The notes: generated from the sequence alone by a model not told the origin. Shown: positions 13,639 to 27,625, counted from the stretch's first letter. The stretch: DNA of 64,000 bases from Octopus sinensis (GCF_006345805.1 NC_042998.1:53320001-53384000); one strand, 5' to 3'. Numbers and translations: made by a program.

Positions 13639-14169
13639 GCTAGCTAGCTAGCTAGCTAGGTAGCTATCTATACACGATTGACTTCTTACAGTTTCCCTCT
13701 GCCAAATCCACTCACGAAACGTTGGTCAGCCCAGGGCTTATGTGGGAAATATTTACCCAAGGTGCCGCACAGTAGGACTGAACGCAAGACCGTTTGGTTG
13801 GGAAGTAAGCTTCTCACCTCACAGCCACGCTTGTCTACTTATTTAGTTATTCTAATTAAAGACAAGCTGATAGATTAGTTGTTCAGTTAGAAGTTCGAAA
13901 TCCGAGCTTCGTCTATACTTGCTGGCATTGCGATGTTTCTGAGCCGTACAGTGAAAATGTAAAACATATAATGATGATGTAGCACTTTGTGTTTGAGCAT
14001 CTTTTATACACGTTTTTGAGATAAATAGATAGAAAGAAACCGAAAGATTGATAGAGAGAGTGTGAGAAAAAACGAGGGAGATAGAGAAAGAGATTGTTCA
14101 AATGAAAGTGCGAGGGTGAGGAAGGAAAAGAAGAGAGAAATAGAGTAAGAGAGAGAGAGACACACACAC

Positions 14170-14580
<411 letters not shown>

Positions 14581-15402
14581 GGGAGAGAGAGAAAAAGTGA
14601 GAGAGAGAGAGAGAGATCCTAGATATCCATGTTCATGTTGTTTGTTTGTTTGTTGTAGAACATGAAATCATCTCTTGGCAAATCTACACAGTACTACAAT
14701 ATATTTAAGTAGACACTAATTAGTTACAACCAGTTTGGATGTAGCTCTAAATTTTGTGTTTGCATGATCTATAATTCAATTAAGCTGAGTTATAATCAAA
14801 ACAGCAAATAAATAATTTATATGTAAGATTTGCAGATACATCAACAAGTCTCTGTAGAATTGTATCGTGTTAGCAAAGCAGCTGGTTACAAAACTCAGAG
14901 AGTAGGTTCCCAGTATATCCACATATCTTTCCATAAAAATCTATTTATTAAGATATTTATATGTTCCAGCTAATCATCCACTAAATATAATGATTTTTTT
15001 ATCAAATGATAACAATACTACGAGTAAATTTTGGACTCGGTCCTAGAAGAGAGATATGTAGTAGGAATATTCAGCGATCGCCCGATGTCGCGATTTGCTG
15101 GAATAATACTCACGGATCAACAAAATTTTATCAATCACGCCGTTGTATGAAAACAATGTTACCAATGTGATCAGCAAAATTCAGTCAATCACAACTTCGC
15201 GCGGAATAAGCTCAAACAACAATCTTAACTTTTGGCGCACTCCCTTCTGAGCCTATCAATCAATATAAAATCGACACATCGCAACTACCAGACAGAGCAT
15301 GGGAAACAGCAGAATCGACACGGGAGACGGACGGTGAAGAGACGCGGGCAGCTGTTGAACCAACATAATGAACTACCGGTGACAGCAACACAAAGACTGG
15401 CA

Positions 15403-16175
15403 AAGGCGGCGAATTGGCAAAATGCTTAGCGGTATTTCGTCTGCCGCTACGTTCTGAGTTCAAATTCCGCCGAGGTCGACTTTGCCTTTCATCCTTTCGG
15501 GGTCAATAAATTAAGTACCAGTTACGCACTGGCGTCGATGTGATCGACTTACTTCCTTTGTCTGTCCTTGTTTGTCCTCTCTGTGTTTAGCCCCTTGTGG
15601 GTAGTAAAGAAATAGGTATTTCGTCTGTCTTTACTGAGTTCAAATTCCGTCGAGGTCGACTTTGCATTTCATCCTTTCGGGGGTCAATAAATTAGATACC
15701 AGTTGCGCACTGGGGTCGATCTAATCGACTGGCCCCCTCCCCCAAAATTTCGGGCCTGGTACCTAGAGCAGAAATGAGGGCGGCGAGCTGGCAGAATCGT
15801 TAGCACGCCGGGCGAAATGCTTTGCTGTATTTCGTCTGCCGCTACGTTCTGAGTACAAATTCCGCCGAGGTCGACTTTGCCTTTCATCCTTTCGGGGTCA
15901 ATTAAATAAGTATCAGTTACGCACTAGGGTCGATATAATCGACTTAATCTGTTTGTCTGTCCTTGTTTATCCTCTGTGTTTAGCCCCTTGTGGGTAATAA
16001 AGAAATAGGTAATTCGTCTGTCTTTATGTTCTAAGTTCAAATTTCGCTGAGGTCAACTTTGCTTGTCATCCTTTCGGGGTCAATAAATTAAGTACCAGTT
16101 GCGTGCTGGAGTCGATCTAATCGATTGCCCTCTGCTCCCCAAAAAGTTCAGGCCTTGAGCCTAGAGTAGGAAAAA
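15403..16175 (+). mobile_element. SINE family 3 (GGCGGCGAGCTGGCAG head, GCCTTTCATCCTTTCGGGGTCGAT core), multimeric
   Basis: Four core units, flanked by a ~15-bp TSD ACACAAAG(A/T)CTGGCA. Other copies at about 196-390, 17808-18185, 27630-27843, 28620-29020, 29768-30000, 50630-50846, 60920-61315 and 63020-63245. Confidence 0.9.
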
Positions 16176-17134
16176 AAACACAAAGTCTGGCAGTTAACTT
16201 TATGAATAATATTACAATTATTCCCAGAACAATAACATCCAAACTCTTTCAACCTTTGTCGCACGTAGTGACAATAGTATTTGTCTTTTTCTTCTGTACT
16301 AAAAGAATAAAACTTTGTTTGTACAAGATTTTAACAGATTTGCCATATTCTATGTACAACTGTTGACCTCCGACGCTAGAAATAACAGCCAGATCTGTTT
16401 GATCTTACTCTAATCCAGGGACCTAAAATTTCAAAGCCTTCATCGAAATTCCAGTCACGCTCCGTTAGATACTGTGATAATCTGAGAGTTCATTGGGATT
16501 AATTCAAAATAGGGTTTACTTGCTGTGAATATCAATAAAATTGGTATATTATCAATGATTGTCTATATTAAGTTACACAAATGATGTATAGTGTTCGAAA
16601 GGTAATTAAATAATCTATGTTTATTAGCGATAAAGTATGAAATACGAGCGTTTCAAATATTAACATTGGTCGTTGTTAGAAAACAAATGAATATGATTTA
16701 CCTTAAGTAGAGTCGAAGATATATAATATTGACAACAATACAATGAATATTCCAAAGAAAAAAGTTATCTCTATTTTCTAACAATGCCAAATATTTGTTA
16801 CTTGTAACATTACATTGTACTTTATTGCTGATAAAAATTGATAATTGATTTTACGAAAGGAAAATAAGGTCACATAGGTTACAGAGCAAAGATCCACCTT
16901 TAAATTCACTCTCCTCCTAAATTCTGAGATTGCTAAGTAAGTTAATCAGTAAGTTCTCTATTTTTTTTGAAAAAAATATAATTTTTTTAAGGGTAACTAT
17001 CAATGAATTAGTGCCGATTCGCTTTGGTCCAAGGGCCTCAGTTGCTCAATATCTGGATATCTAAATTTAAGGATATTTCTGAAGTATTTATATGTGAATG
17101 TTTGGAACCTTCTGATGATGTGTACAAGTATTCA

Positions 17135-17775
17135 CTATAATAATAATAATGAAATTATTGTATACAGTGCTCAGGTGGACCACAACTTGTCAGAAAGTGC
17201 GTATAAAGTATATGCAGTCTGGAAAGCGAACAATGTATGACTCAGATACATGCTTGTGTGTGTATGGAGGGGAGAAAATCAGGTGTAGTGTTGGCGAATC
17301 TCAGGAAGCATGGAAGTTTTGAAGGATGCAGTGCTCCGACAACTAACAACTGATGCCGGCAGTTTGTTCCATACTTCAGCAACTCTCAGCGTGAAAAAAT
17401 ATTTCCTAAAGTCATGGGAGCTGTGCTGTTTCTGACTTTGTAAATATGTCCACGGGTGTTAGACGGGTGGAGTTTGAAAAGGTGCTCAGAGTTATTGTTT
17501 GTAAGATGGTTAATAATTTTATGGGTGTCTGCCAAGTCAGCTGCCAGACGTCGGAGTTTCAATGTGTCCATGCCCAGGGAAGTAAGGCGTTCAGAATATG
17601 GCAAATGCCTGATGGAGGGTATTCTTTTGGTTGCACGTCGCTGAACGGCTTCCAGACGATTAATATCCTGGGCAAGATAGGGGTTCCAGACCGGTGATGC
17701 AATTTCCAGGTGAGGTCTTACCATAGCTATATAAAGCCGCCGATAGATAGCCGGAGAGCGGCTCACAAAGGTGAC
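17135..17775 (-). mobile_element. CR1-clade LINE 3' end with (ATT)n tail
   Basis: LYIAMVRPHLEIASPVWNPY..LEAVQRRATKRI..YSERL..TRGHIYK. Confidence 0.9.
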
Positions 17776-18895
17776 TTGGTGCCATGGAAAACAATAACAT
17801 TAATATTGGTTTGAAATGTTGGTGTAATGCCAACGATTTTTTGTGGTGGAGATAAATCGATTACACGGATCCCAGTGTTCAACTGGTACTTATTTAATCG
17901 ACCCCGAAGAGATAAAAGGTTAAGTCAATCTCAGCGGAATTTGAATTCAGACCATAAAGACGGGCAAATTGCCGCTAAGCATTTTGTCCGGCGTGCTAAT
18001 GATTCTGCCAGCTCGCCACCTTAACAGTAACATTAATATTAGGACGACAACGAATTCCACTGAGGTTGACTTTGCCTTTCATCCTTTCGAAGTCAATAAA
18101 ATAAGTACCATTCGAACACTGGGGTCAATGTAATCGACTAGTCCCCACTCCTGCAATTACTGACTTTATGTCAAAATTGGAAACCAATATTAGGACCACA
18201 ATTTGTGAGCTTAATTTTTAGGTCAACACATTCTGTTTATTGCATGCATTTAAATGGCTAAATCTAAACAAGGAAATATCCCGTCGTGTGTGTGTGCATG
18301 TGTGTGTATTTGTGTGAGTTTGGCCCCCGCCACCGCTTGACAACCGGTGTTGGTGCGTTCACGTCCCTATAACTTAGCGGTTTGGCAAAAGAAAACCGAT
18401 AAAATAAGTACTAAGCTTTAAAAAAATAAGTCCTGAGGTCGATTTGTTCAACTAAAAACCCTTCAAGTCAGTGCATTAGCTTGGCCGCAGTCTAATGACT
18501 GAAACAAATAAAAGATAAAAGATAAATGATTAGCCTTCCCTCAATAGAATCCGTTGTTAAACGCTCGCGTATTTACAATTTGTCGTACGCAGCCAGCCTT
18601 ATATATAACCCATAACGGTTAATGCAGCAGCATCAATTTCGACAACGTTACCGCACCTCACCCCATCAACGACAGTTTCATAACTATCATTATTTGACGT
18701 CCGTTTATTTCATTCATGAGATCTAGTCAGGAACCTACATATTTTCAAACACCTCGAAACGAAGTTTAAAATCTCCCTTTAAGCTCACGGAAGGATGTTT
18801 ATAGATGAGTAGGAGGCTATCTGAAATATTTCCATTTGCTTTGTGTTCCAGTCTCGACGAATGCTTAAAATTTCCGGGACATAAAATAAAGTTAA

Positions 18896-21024
18896 TGTTG
18901 ACATTATTACCCGGAAACGAAATGGAAAAAGAAAAAATAGTGTATAAGAAAATGTAGGAAACGAATATGAAAACAAAAATGTCCGGAAAGCAACGGGGGG
19001 TGGAGAGAGGCCCTCGGAAAATTCACAATATCCGATGTTTTTCCCCTCATAACTTTTAGGAAAATGGCCTTTTTTTTAAATGAAATTTTATATAATGAAA
19101 TTTTATATAGATACCTTTCAAACGGTATTGATTACGATTATAAAGAAATTGGGGAAAATCTTTTCTGAGGAGATGGGGAGAGGACTTCGGAAATTTCACA
19201 AGATCCGATGTTTTTCCCTCGTAATTTTGAGGAAAATGAATATCTTTCTACTACTCACCCACGAATCTGAAAACAAAAATGCACGGAACGCAACGTGGGG
19301 GTGGGGGGAGAGGACTTCGGAAAATTTACAAGATTCACAAGATCCGAGTTTTGCCCTCGTAACTTTGAGGAAAATGGATATCTTTTAATGAAATTTTATA
19401 TAAGCACTTTTTAAATGGGATGCATTATGGATGCCTAATGTGCCGCAAAACCTTCATTTTTCTTCAGAAAAATGTGTGGGGAGTAGGAAACCGGAATTAT
19501 TGGAAAATGCTTTTCTTTTTTTTTTTTTTTCGATGAATGAATTACGGTGGCCTAATATGCTACAAAACACTTTTTTGTCCGGAAAACTGGGGCTGATTTT
19601 TTCTTTAAAAATTTGTTAAATTTTTTACAGGTGCATCTTTATGAAAATTAATGGTAACGAAGTCTGGACAGGAGAGAGAATGAATGATACAAAATCCTTA
19701 TCAGAACCATGTTAGAGAAAGAATGATACAAAATCCTTATAAAAACCATATTAGTATCTGTGTGTACGTGTGTGAAACAAAGTATTATACTCTTTTACTC
19801 TTTTACTTGTTTCAGTCATTTGACTGCGGCCATGCTGGAGCACTGCCTTTAATCGAGCAACTCGACCCCGGGACTTATTCTTTTGTAAGCCTAGTACTTA
19901 TTCTATCGGTCTCTTTTGCCGAACCGCTAAGTAACGGGGACATAAACACACCAGCATCGGTTGTCAAGCAATGCTAGGGGGACAAACACAGATACACAAA
20001 CACACACACGCATATATATATATATATATATATATATACGACGGGCTTCTTTCAGTTTCCATCTATCAAATCCACTCACAAGGCTTTGGTCGGCCCGAGG
20101 CTATAGTAGAAGACACTTGCCCAAGGTGCCATGCAGTGCGACTGAACCCGGAACCATGTGGTTGGTAAACAAGCTACTTACCACACAGCCACATTAAAAC
20201 AAATTATCTTTTACATACCTCTTAAAATTTATTAGTTTTCAAATGGTATCCAATGTTTTCATTTTCCTTTAGCAATTTTTCGTGCCGGAATTTTTACCGG
20301 GTAAACTAATACGTTTCAATTTTGTGAGGAGAGAGGGAGAGAAAGAAAGACATCTTGCATGTCATATACTTTGTGTAGCTAAACTTCCAATGGCATAGCA
20401 ATGTCATGGGTCAAATGGAACGAGTGAGTGAGTATATGTGCGTGTGTTTGTGTGTGTATAGTAGAAGTAAGGACCCGAACCCTTCAAAGAGATGTTTAGC
20501 ATCCAAGTTCCTGAGGAACTTGTGATTTGTGATTTCAAAAGGATTATATTTTCCTCAAAGTTACGAGGGAAGAACTCAGATCTTGTGAAGCTTGTGTATT
20601 TCCGAAGTCCTCTCCACCTCGTTGCTTTCCGTACATTTTTGTTTTCAGATTCGTTTCCTACGTGGGTGTGAAGTAGAAAGATACTCATTTTCCTCAAAGT
20701 TACGAGGGTAAAACATCGGATTTTGTGAATTTTCCGAAGTCCTCTCCCCAACCTCTCGGAAAAGATTTTCCCCCACAAATTTATTTATAATCGTAATCTA
20801 TACCGTTTGAAAGGTATTTATATAAAATTTCATCTAAAAAGAAACAATTTTCCTAAAAGTTATGAGGGAAAAACATCCGATCTTGTGAATTTTCCGAAGG
20901 CCTCTCCCCACCTCCGTTGCTTTCCGGGCATTTTCGTTTCCATATCAGTTTCATACACCTTTTTTTTTTTACACCCGTTGCACTATTTTTTTTCTGATTT
21001 CGTTTCCGGCTAAAAATGTCAACA
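18896..21024. mobile_element. Foldback-type element with ~500-bp modular inverted arms
   Basis: TTAA|TGTTGACATT...AATGTCAACA|TTAA. Arms are built of CGGAAAATTCACAAGATCCGATG modules. A SINE is nested in the centre. Confidence 0.7.
19788..20192 (-). mobile_element. SINE family 2
   Basis: Reverse complement of 23348-23797. Confidence 0.9.
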
Positions 21025-21259
21025 TTAACCAAAGTTTATATAAGTCAACCTGAACGTGAAATTCTAAACCAAAATTTCGAGTAAGAATTATATATAGTAA
21101 TGCCTTTCGCTGTAGCAGTTATTACTTGCCATACTAGATGTATACCACCTCCACCGATTTTGTTGCCTCATAACTTCCAGAAAAATGGATTCTTTTTAAA
21201 GAAACTTTCAACAAATAATCGCTTATATCCTGTAGAGTGAGTGTATGTAAAGATTTGTT

Positions 21260-23340
21260 GGAAAAAAATTACTGAGGGGTTGGGGAGAGGAGTTTCGGAA
21301 AATTCACATGACCCGACATTCCTCCTTCCTTCATAACTTTCAGGAAAATGGGTATTTTTAAATGAAATTCTATACAATTTCCTTTCAAACGGTGTAGATT
21401 ATGATTACAAAGAAATTTGTAGGCAAAATTTTTTTCAGATTTTTGGAGTTACTGGAAAACGTAGGAGTTTCTGGAAAACGGAGTTTCGGATCAGACGGCT
21501 CACATAAGTCGAAATTTCTCCGTTTTGACGGGATTTTTCCAATTTTTTTTTCAGCACAGTTTTTGGAATGATGGGAGGCATCTTTTGACGATAAAAAGAA
21601 ACTTTTGAAAATTTATGATTTTTTCACTCCCTCACCACCCCAGTCCGGACCGATTTTGGCCTTTTTATTTTCATTTTTATTTTTCACTACGCACTTAAAA
21701 CCCGCGAGAGAAATATTTCCGGTTAAAAACAAAATGTTAATAATTTCAGAAGAAAATGTGTAATTTAAGGGAGATCTAGCTGTTGTAACTAACACATCTC
21801 AAGACCTCCCTCTTCGTTTCTTTTTCACTCTCACATCTATCGATGTCTTTCAATATTTTTCTCGCTATAAGGCAGCGAGCTGGCAGATTCGTTACGTTCT
21901 GAGTTCAAATTCCGCCGAGGTCTACTTTGCCTTTCATCCTTTCGGGGTTGATAAATTAAGTACCAGTTACGCACTGGGATCGATGTAATCGACTTAATCC
22001 GTTTGTATGTCTTAGTTTGTCCTCTCTGTGTTTAGCCCATTGTGGGTAGTAAAGAAATCGGTATTTCGTCTGCCGTTACGTTCTGAGTTCAAATTCCGCC
22101 GAGGTCGACTTTGCCTTTCATCCTTTCGGGGTCGATAAATTAAGTACCAGTTACGCACTGGGATCGATGTAATCGACTTAATCCGTTTGTATGTTTTAGT
22201 TTGTCCTCTCTGTGTTTAGCCCATTGTGGGTAGTAAAGAAATCGGTATTTCGTCTGCCGTTACGTTCTGAGTTCAAATTCCGCCGAGGTCGACTTTGCCT
22301 TTCATCCTTTCGGGGTTGATAAATTATGCACCAATTGCGTGCTGGGGTCGATCTAATCGACTGGCCCCCTCCCCCAAAATTTCGGGCCGTGTGCCTCGAG
22401 TAGAAAAGAATATTTTTCTTCCTATAAACACATTTTATGGAGTGATGATGCCGAAGTAACACACTCATTGTCCATTGTTGGGATATAAGTAAGTGGGGTG
22501 GAGAATTGTAGCTTTAATTTTTACTCGCACCCCAAACCGTGCGAGGCCGTGTCTGTGTGTGTAAGAAAAAAACATTTTCCAACAGAAAATTATACTATCA
22601 AAATAAATCATCTTTTACATACCTCTTATTAAAATCACTCTGGATAAATCCCAGCAATAATCTTCTCAGGCTCACCAATATTTTAAAACAAACAATCGGG
22701 AGCAGGGAGTGGGGACCCCAAAAATCATAAATTTTCAAATTTTCCCTTTTTTTATAGCGTAAATGTGTTTATGGAGGAAAATATTGAAAAACAACAATAC
22801 ATATATGAGTGAGAAAAAAGGAGGGTGGTCTTGCGATGTGCTAGAAACAACAGCCAAATCTCCTTTAAATCAATATTTTGTCTACAAATTTCTTTGTAAT
22901 CCTAACCTACACCGTTTGAAAGGTATTTGTATAGAATTTCATTTAAAAATATCTATTTTCTTGAAAGTTATGAAGGGGAAAATGTAGTCAAACTAAAGGG
23001 TCTGACCTAAGCAAAAAAAAAAAAAAGAAAAGAAAAAAATAGTGTAATAGGTGTGAAACAACTTGCTGTAAACGAATAGGGAAAAAAAAATGCGCGCTCG
23101 CGAACAGGAGGACTCGGAAAATTCACATCATCAGACCATGACCTTTAAAATCTAGTGTTTGACCCGAGCAAAAAGAAAAAAAATTACAAAATAGTGTAAT
23201 AGATGTACAGCATGTAATAAATGAATATGAAGAAAAAAATGCGCGCTCGCGAACGGGAGGTCGGGGAGAGGACTCGGAAAGTTCACATCGTCAGACCATA
23301 ACCTTTAAACTAGTGTTTGATCCGAGCAAAAAAAATAATA
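21260..23340. repeat. Related foldback modules and ~150-bp tandem units
   Basis: 21330-21430 is inverted against 22875-22975, and 21760-21860 against 22775-22870. Tandem GACCATGACCTTTAAA units occur at 23000-23340. Confidence 0.6.
21869..22407 (+). mobile_element. SINE family 3, multimeric
   Basis: Three core units, including near-identical ~184-bp repeats. Confidence 0.9.
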
Positions 23341-23347
23341 ATAAACA

Positions 23348-23511
23348 GCGCAGGAGTGGCTGTGTGGTAAGTAGCTTGTTTACCAACCACATGGTTTCGG
23401 GTTCAGTCCCACTGTGTAGCACCTTGGGCAAGTGTCTTCTACTGTATCCTCGGGCCGACCAAAGCCTTGTGAGTAGATTTGGTAGACGGAAACTGAAAGA
23501 AGCCCGTCGTA

Positions 23512-23581
<70 letters not shown>

Positions 23582-23797
23582 GTGTCTGTGTGTCTGTGTT
23601 TGTCTCCCTAGCATTGCTTGACAACTGATGCTGATGTGTTTATGTCCCCGTTACTTAGCGGTTCGGCAAAAGAGACCAATAGAATAAGTACTGGGCTTAC
23701 AAAAGAATAAGTCCCGGGGTCGAGTTGCTCGATTAAAGGCGGTGCTCCAGCATGGCCGCAGTCAAATGACTGAAACAAGTAAAAGAGTAAAAGAGAG
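23348..23797 (+). mobile_element. SINE family 2 (tRNA head, CCTTGGGCAAG core, internal (TA)n, GTAAAAGA tail), full copy
   Basis: Other copies or pieces at about 3788-4165, 10935-11405, 11850-12380, 12725-12960, 13675-13830, 18280-18525, 19788-20192, 41841-42665, 45610-45880, 51265-51625, 53380-53900 and 54950-55388. Confidence 0.9.
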
Positions 23798-24078
23798 TGT
23801 AATAGGTGTACAACAACGTGTCCTTTAAATGTTTACCCAAGGTGCCATGCAGTGGGACTGTACCCAAAACCGGGTATTGTCCTGTTCCTCTCACCCCTCT
23901 GTTCGCCAGTAAGTGTTTTCAATCATAGCCTTGGGCCGACCAACACGTCCTGGAGGCCGAAGGTGGCATTTCAGACTAAAAAAAATTATCTAAACGAAGA
24001 TGAAAACAAAAATTTGTGCATAAAATTTTTACGATTCTGACTTCTACATAATGGTATTAACAAAAACAATTGAAGAGT

Positions 24079-24112
24079 AGATGTTTGTAAGCCATTCAAG
24101 AACACGCGCGCG

Positions 24113-24150
<38 letters not shown>

Positions 24151-24376
24151 GAGAAATGGTTAGTTTCACTGCAGCATTTAAATCTCATTTCAATCTCAAT
24201 ATTTTTGTCGCTTTGAAAACGAGACTTGTTCACTGACAAAACAGATGCAGCACGAATTTTTGTCAGGGTTTTGTCGTGGTTTCAAAGAACGAAAATATTT
24301 AGACACAAATGAAATTTAAATTTTGCAAAAGTGAAAGTAACGGCTTTTGTTGTTCTGGAATTACTTACAAACATCT
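24079..24376. repeat. Old degenerate foldback
   Basis: AGATGTTTGTAAG/CTTACAAACATCT at the ends and CTGACAAAA/TTTTGTCAG near the centre. Confidence 0.7.
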
Positions 24377-24526
24377 TACACCGGTCCTCAAGCAGTGGTG
24401 GTGGTGGTGGGGAAATAAATACAGACACAAACACATGCACGTGTGTGTACGACGAGCTACTTTCAGTTTCCGTCTATCTAATCCACTCACAAAGCTTTGG
24501 TCGGCTCGAGGCTGTAGTAGAAGACA

Positions 24527-24938
24527 GGATCTTTTCGATTTGAACGGCAGTTTTTTCTAGCGGTGTCATATGAAATTGTCACCCATAATTATGACCCTAG
24601 TATCGATCTATTGCATTTCAATCTATTTTAGGGTTAAGGTTGGTTAGGGTTAGGCGTGGGGGGAAGGGTATCTTTTTTTCTTTACAAATGTAAATAAACC
24701 TAATCTGTTTCTTAAATGAGGGACATATTCAAACGGCACAGAATGTTTTTTGATTGGTTGAAATTGCAGAAATTGAAGAAAAAAAACAACAACTAATATC
24801 TTACAAACTATAGAATTTTCTCAATAAAGCCAAGAGAAAAAGATGTTTTATAAACACATTCTACCAGTATACAAAGTTTCAAATTTATTAGTTACCTAGA
24901 AATTATGTTAAAAACTGCTGTTCAAACCGAAAAGATCC
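24527..24938. mobile_element. TIR MITE with 4-bp TSD, inserted in a SINE
   Basis: TIRs GGATCTTTTCGATTTGAACGGCAGTTTT and AAAACTGCTGTTCAAACCGAAAAGATCC. GACA is duplicated. A related fragment lies at about 44530-44793. Confidence 0.85.
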
Positions 24939-25139
24939 GACAGTTACCCAAGGTGCCACGTTGTGGTACTGAACCTGAGACTACATTGTTGAGAATTAAG
25001 ATTCTTAGCGCACCTACGTCAAACATTTAATAATCTCTATCAACGAATCGAATTTCTCAATAACTTATTTAACCCGAACAGAAAATATGCAAGGTTCAGG
25101 AGCAGTAACATATTCTTTACTAGATTAAATCATTAAAGT

Positions 25140-25525
25140 GGAGGCGCAATGGCCCAGTGGTTAGGGCAGCGGACTCGCGGTCATAGGATCGCGGTTTCGA
25201 TTCCCAGACCGGGCGTTGTGAGTGTTTATTGAGCGAAAACACCTAAAGCTCCACGAGGCTCCGGCAGGGGATGGTGGTGAACCCTGCTGTACTCTTTCAC
25301 CACAACTTTCTCTCACTCTTACTTCCTGTTTCTGTTGTACCTGTATTTCAAAGGGCCGGCCTTGTCACTCTCTGTGTCACGCTGAATATCCCCGAGAACT
25401 ACGTTAAGGGTACACGTGTCTGTGGAGTGCTCAGCCACTTACACGTTAATTTCACGAGCAGGCTGTTCCGTTGATTCGGATCAACCGGAACCCTCGTCAT
25501 CGTAACCGACGGAGTGCTTCCATCC
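25140..25525 (+). mobile_element. tRNA-derived SINE, family 1
   Basis: A box TGGCCCAGTGG and B box GTTTCGATTCCC. A second copy lies at 44817-45150. Confidence 0.85.
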
Positions 25526-26965
25526 AAATCATTAAAGACGAGTATATTTTCAAGCATTCCCGATGGTAGCACTAACTAGGTGAAGCATAAAAACAGTATA
25601 AGATTTACTTCATGCCAGTAATCAAACTAAAATCTCTTGAAATAAGTGTTTTACAAACTGAGATTACAATATGAATGCAAAGAACATTGTTTCGCGATTG
25701 GTGAAATTAAAGGCTATTCATTCAGATTACTCAGCGTTGTAAATGTTATTACCTCTCATAGTTATAGCTTTGAATATTCTATGTTATAAATTCATTATAC
25801 CTTTTGTAAGTTGTTACCAGGAAAAAAAAAAAAAAAGAGGATTATCATTTTGGATTATCATTTCAACGAGTGCCAACATCTTGGTATTTATCTGTCTAGT
25901 CGTGGCTTTACAGCTTGTCTGGACATTTATGTCAAAATATCTGCCAATTATTCATTCCTAGATTTTTCATTTAAAGTGTTTTAAAATACATTAAATGCAC
26001 TTCTAATTCTATTTATTGTAACGCAGAAGAAACAACAATAGATTGTTATAAGCAAGTTTTTCATGTTCATGATTGAACAGAAACATTATTTTCTATGAGA
26101 TGTTGCGGAAGAAAATAACTTGATAAACCGCACACAGGAAACGTGGTTTGTCAACGTATAAAAACAAAAATTAACAAGGTGAAACGTGTTTGGCAACAAG
26201 TTTTGCTATAAATCTTCTCTTGAATATGGGTGAATATGTCTCCTCATAATTAATCAATATCGAATTTATTCTTACTTTGGCATCATCCGAAGTTATGGCC
26301 CATTATTTACGGTTAAATCTATAGAAACTTCGAATTTCGGTGATAAATAAATAAATAAATAAACATACTTATTTCCTGTCGAAAGAATGCGTCTGTGATA
26401 CGGCAGAATTTCAAATAATAATCGGAATAAAAAAAAAAATCGACTGTTGGTTGCGTGTTTCTTCCAAAAAGTACAATTCTTAATACTTTTCCAGCCACAG
26501 GACATGTGTCGTCATATACGTGACGTATTCGTTACAGTTGAAGCATATGACAGTGTTGTATGTGTGTGTAAAATATAAATTTGAGGCGAAAATGATAATT
26601 TAATGTAATTTGAATAGATGGGCTATGGATATTTTGGTTTTTTGGATTGGTTGCTTCATGTTTCCCGTATTAAAACGAAGTCCATTTGAAGATTTCAATG
26701 AAACTATTTATTTACAAATATATTTACTAAGATTACAATAGGTACTTGCCGGAGGCTGTATCCCTGATTACCAGTACTAAATTATGTTGTGTATTGAGTT
26801 TGGCAAAAAATTTTATAGCTACATATTTGAGTTGCTTAAAGGCATAAAACTATTTTCATTGATTCTTTTTAACCCGAGATCGAGTAGTGATCAAGAATTC
26901 TATTCGTTTGTCTTCTCTTGAACCTCTGCTCTGATTGTAGTGTGCTTCTCAATAAATAGCCATGC

Positions 26966-26998
<33 letters not shown>

Positions 26999-27372
26999 TA
27001 TTAATTTTTTTTTTGTAGGAAACAGAGAAATTTCCGTTCGAAATCATACGATCAAATGATCGTAGCAGAAATACCATTGGCTAACAATTACACAGAGACT
27101 GCCCCCCCCACCCCCAATCGCTGTGGCCTGTTTATCACTATTGAGCTCAGTTTCAAATCTAAGCCTCGCTACAATAAACTGACCAAACTACTATATATTT
27201 TATCAACTCCCAAAGAATGAAAGGCAAAATAGACATCGGCGGACACTGGACGTAGAACGTAAAAGGGTTTCAAATAAATATTGCCGGGCATTTGGTCCGT
27301 TGTTCTACCGATTCTGCTATTAGCTGCCCTCTTAAAGGCTGAGTATAAAATGATTTGAAACATAGGCACAGT

Positions 27373-27625
27373 GGAGGCGCATGGCATAGTGGTTAGGGTG
27401 TCAGCATCATGATCGTAAGATTGTGGTTTCGATTCCTGGACCGGGCGACGTGTTGTGTTCTTGAGCAAAACACTTCATTTCCCGTTGCTCCAGTCCACTC
27501 AGCTGGCAAAAATGAATAACGCTGCGATGGACTGGCGTCCCGCCCAGCTGGGGAACACATATGTCATAGAATCCAGGAAACCGGGCCCATGAACCTGGCT
27601 AGGTTTTAAAAGGGCACATTTATTT
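27373..27625 (+). mobile_element. tRNA-derived SINE with a CORE-like TTGAGCAA segment
   Basis: TGGCATAGTGGTTAG A box and GTTTCGATTCC B box. A diverged relative lies on the minus strand at about 9050-9283. Confidence 0.8.

Noticed and set aside
15057-16273. Solo LTR split by the SINE multimer (TGTAGTAGG...GTGACA)
   Set aside because: The termini are suggestive, but the flanks (GATA versus ATAG) do not form a TSD.
25140-25215. tRNA gene
   Set aside because: The tRNA-like head runs straight into a repeated SINE body that has a second copy at 44817.
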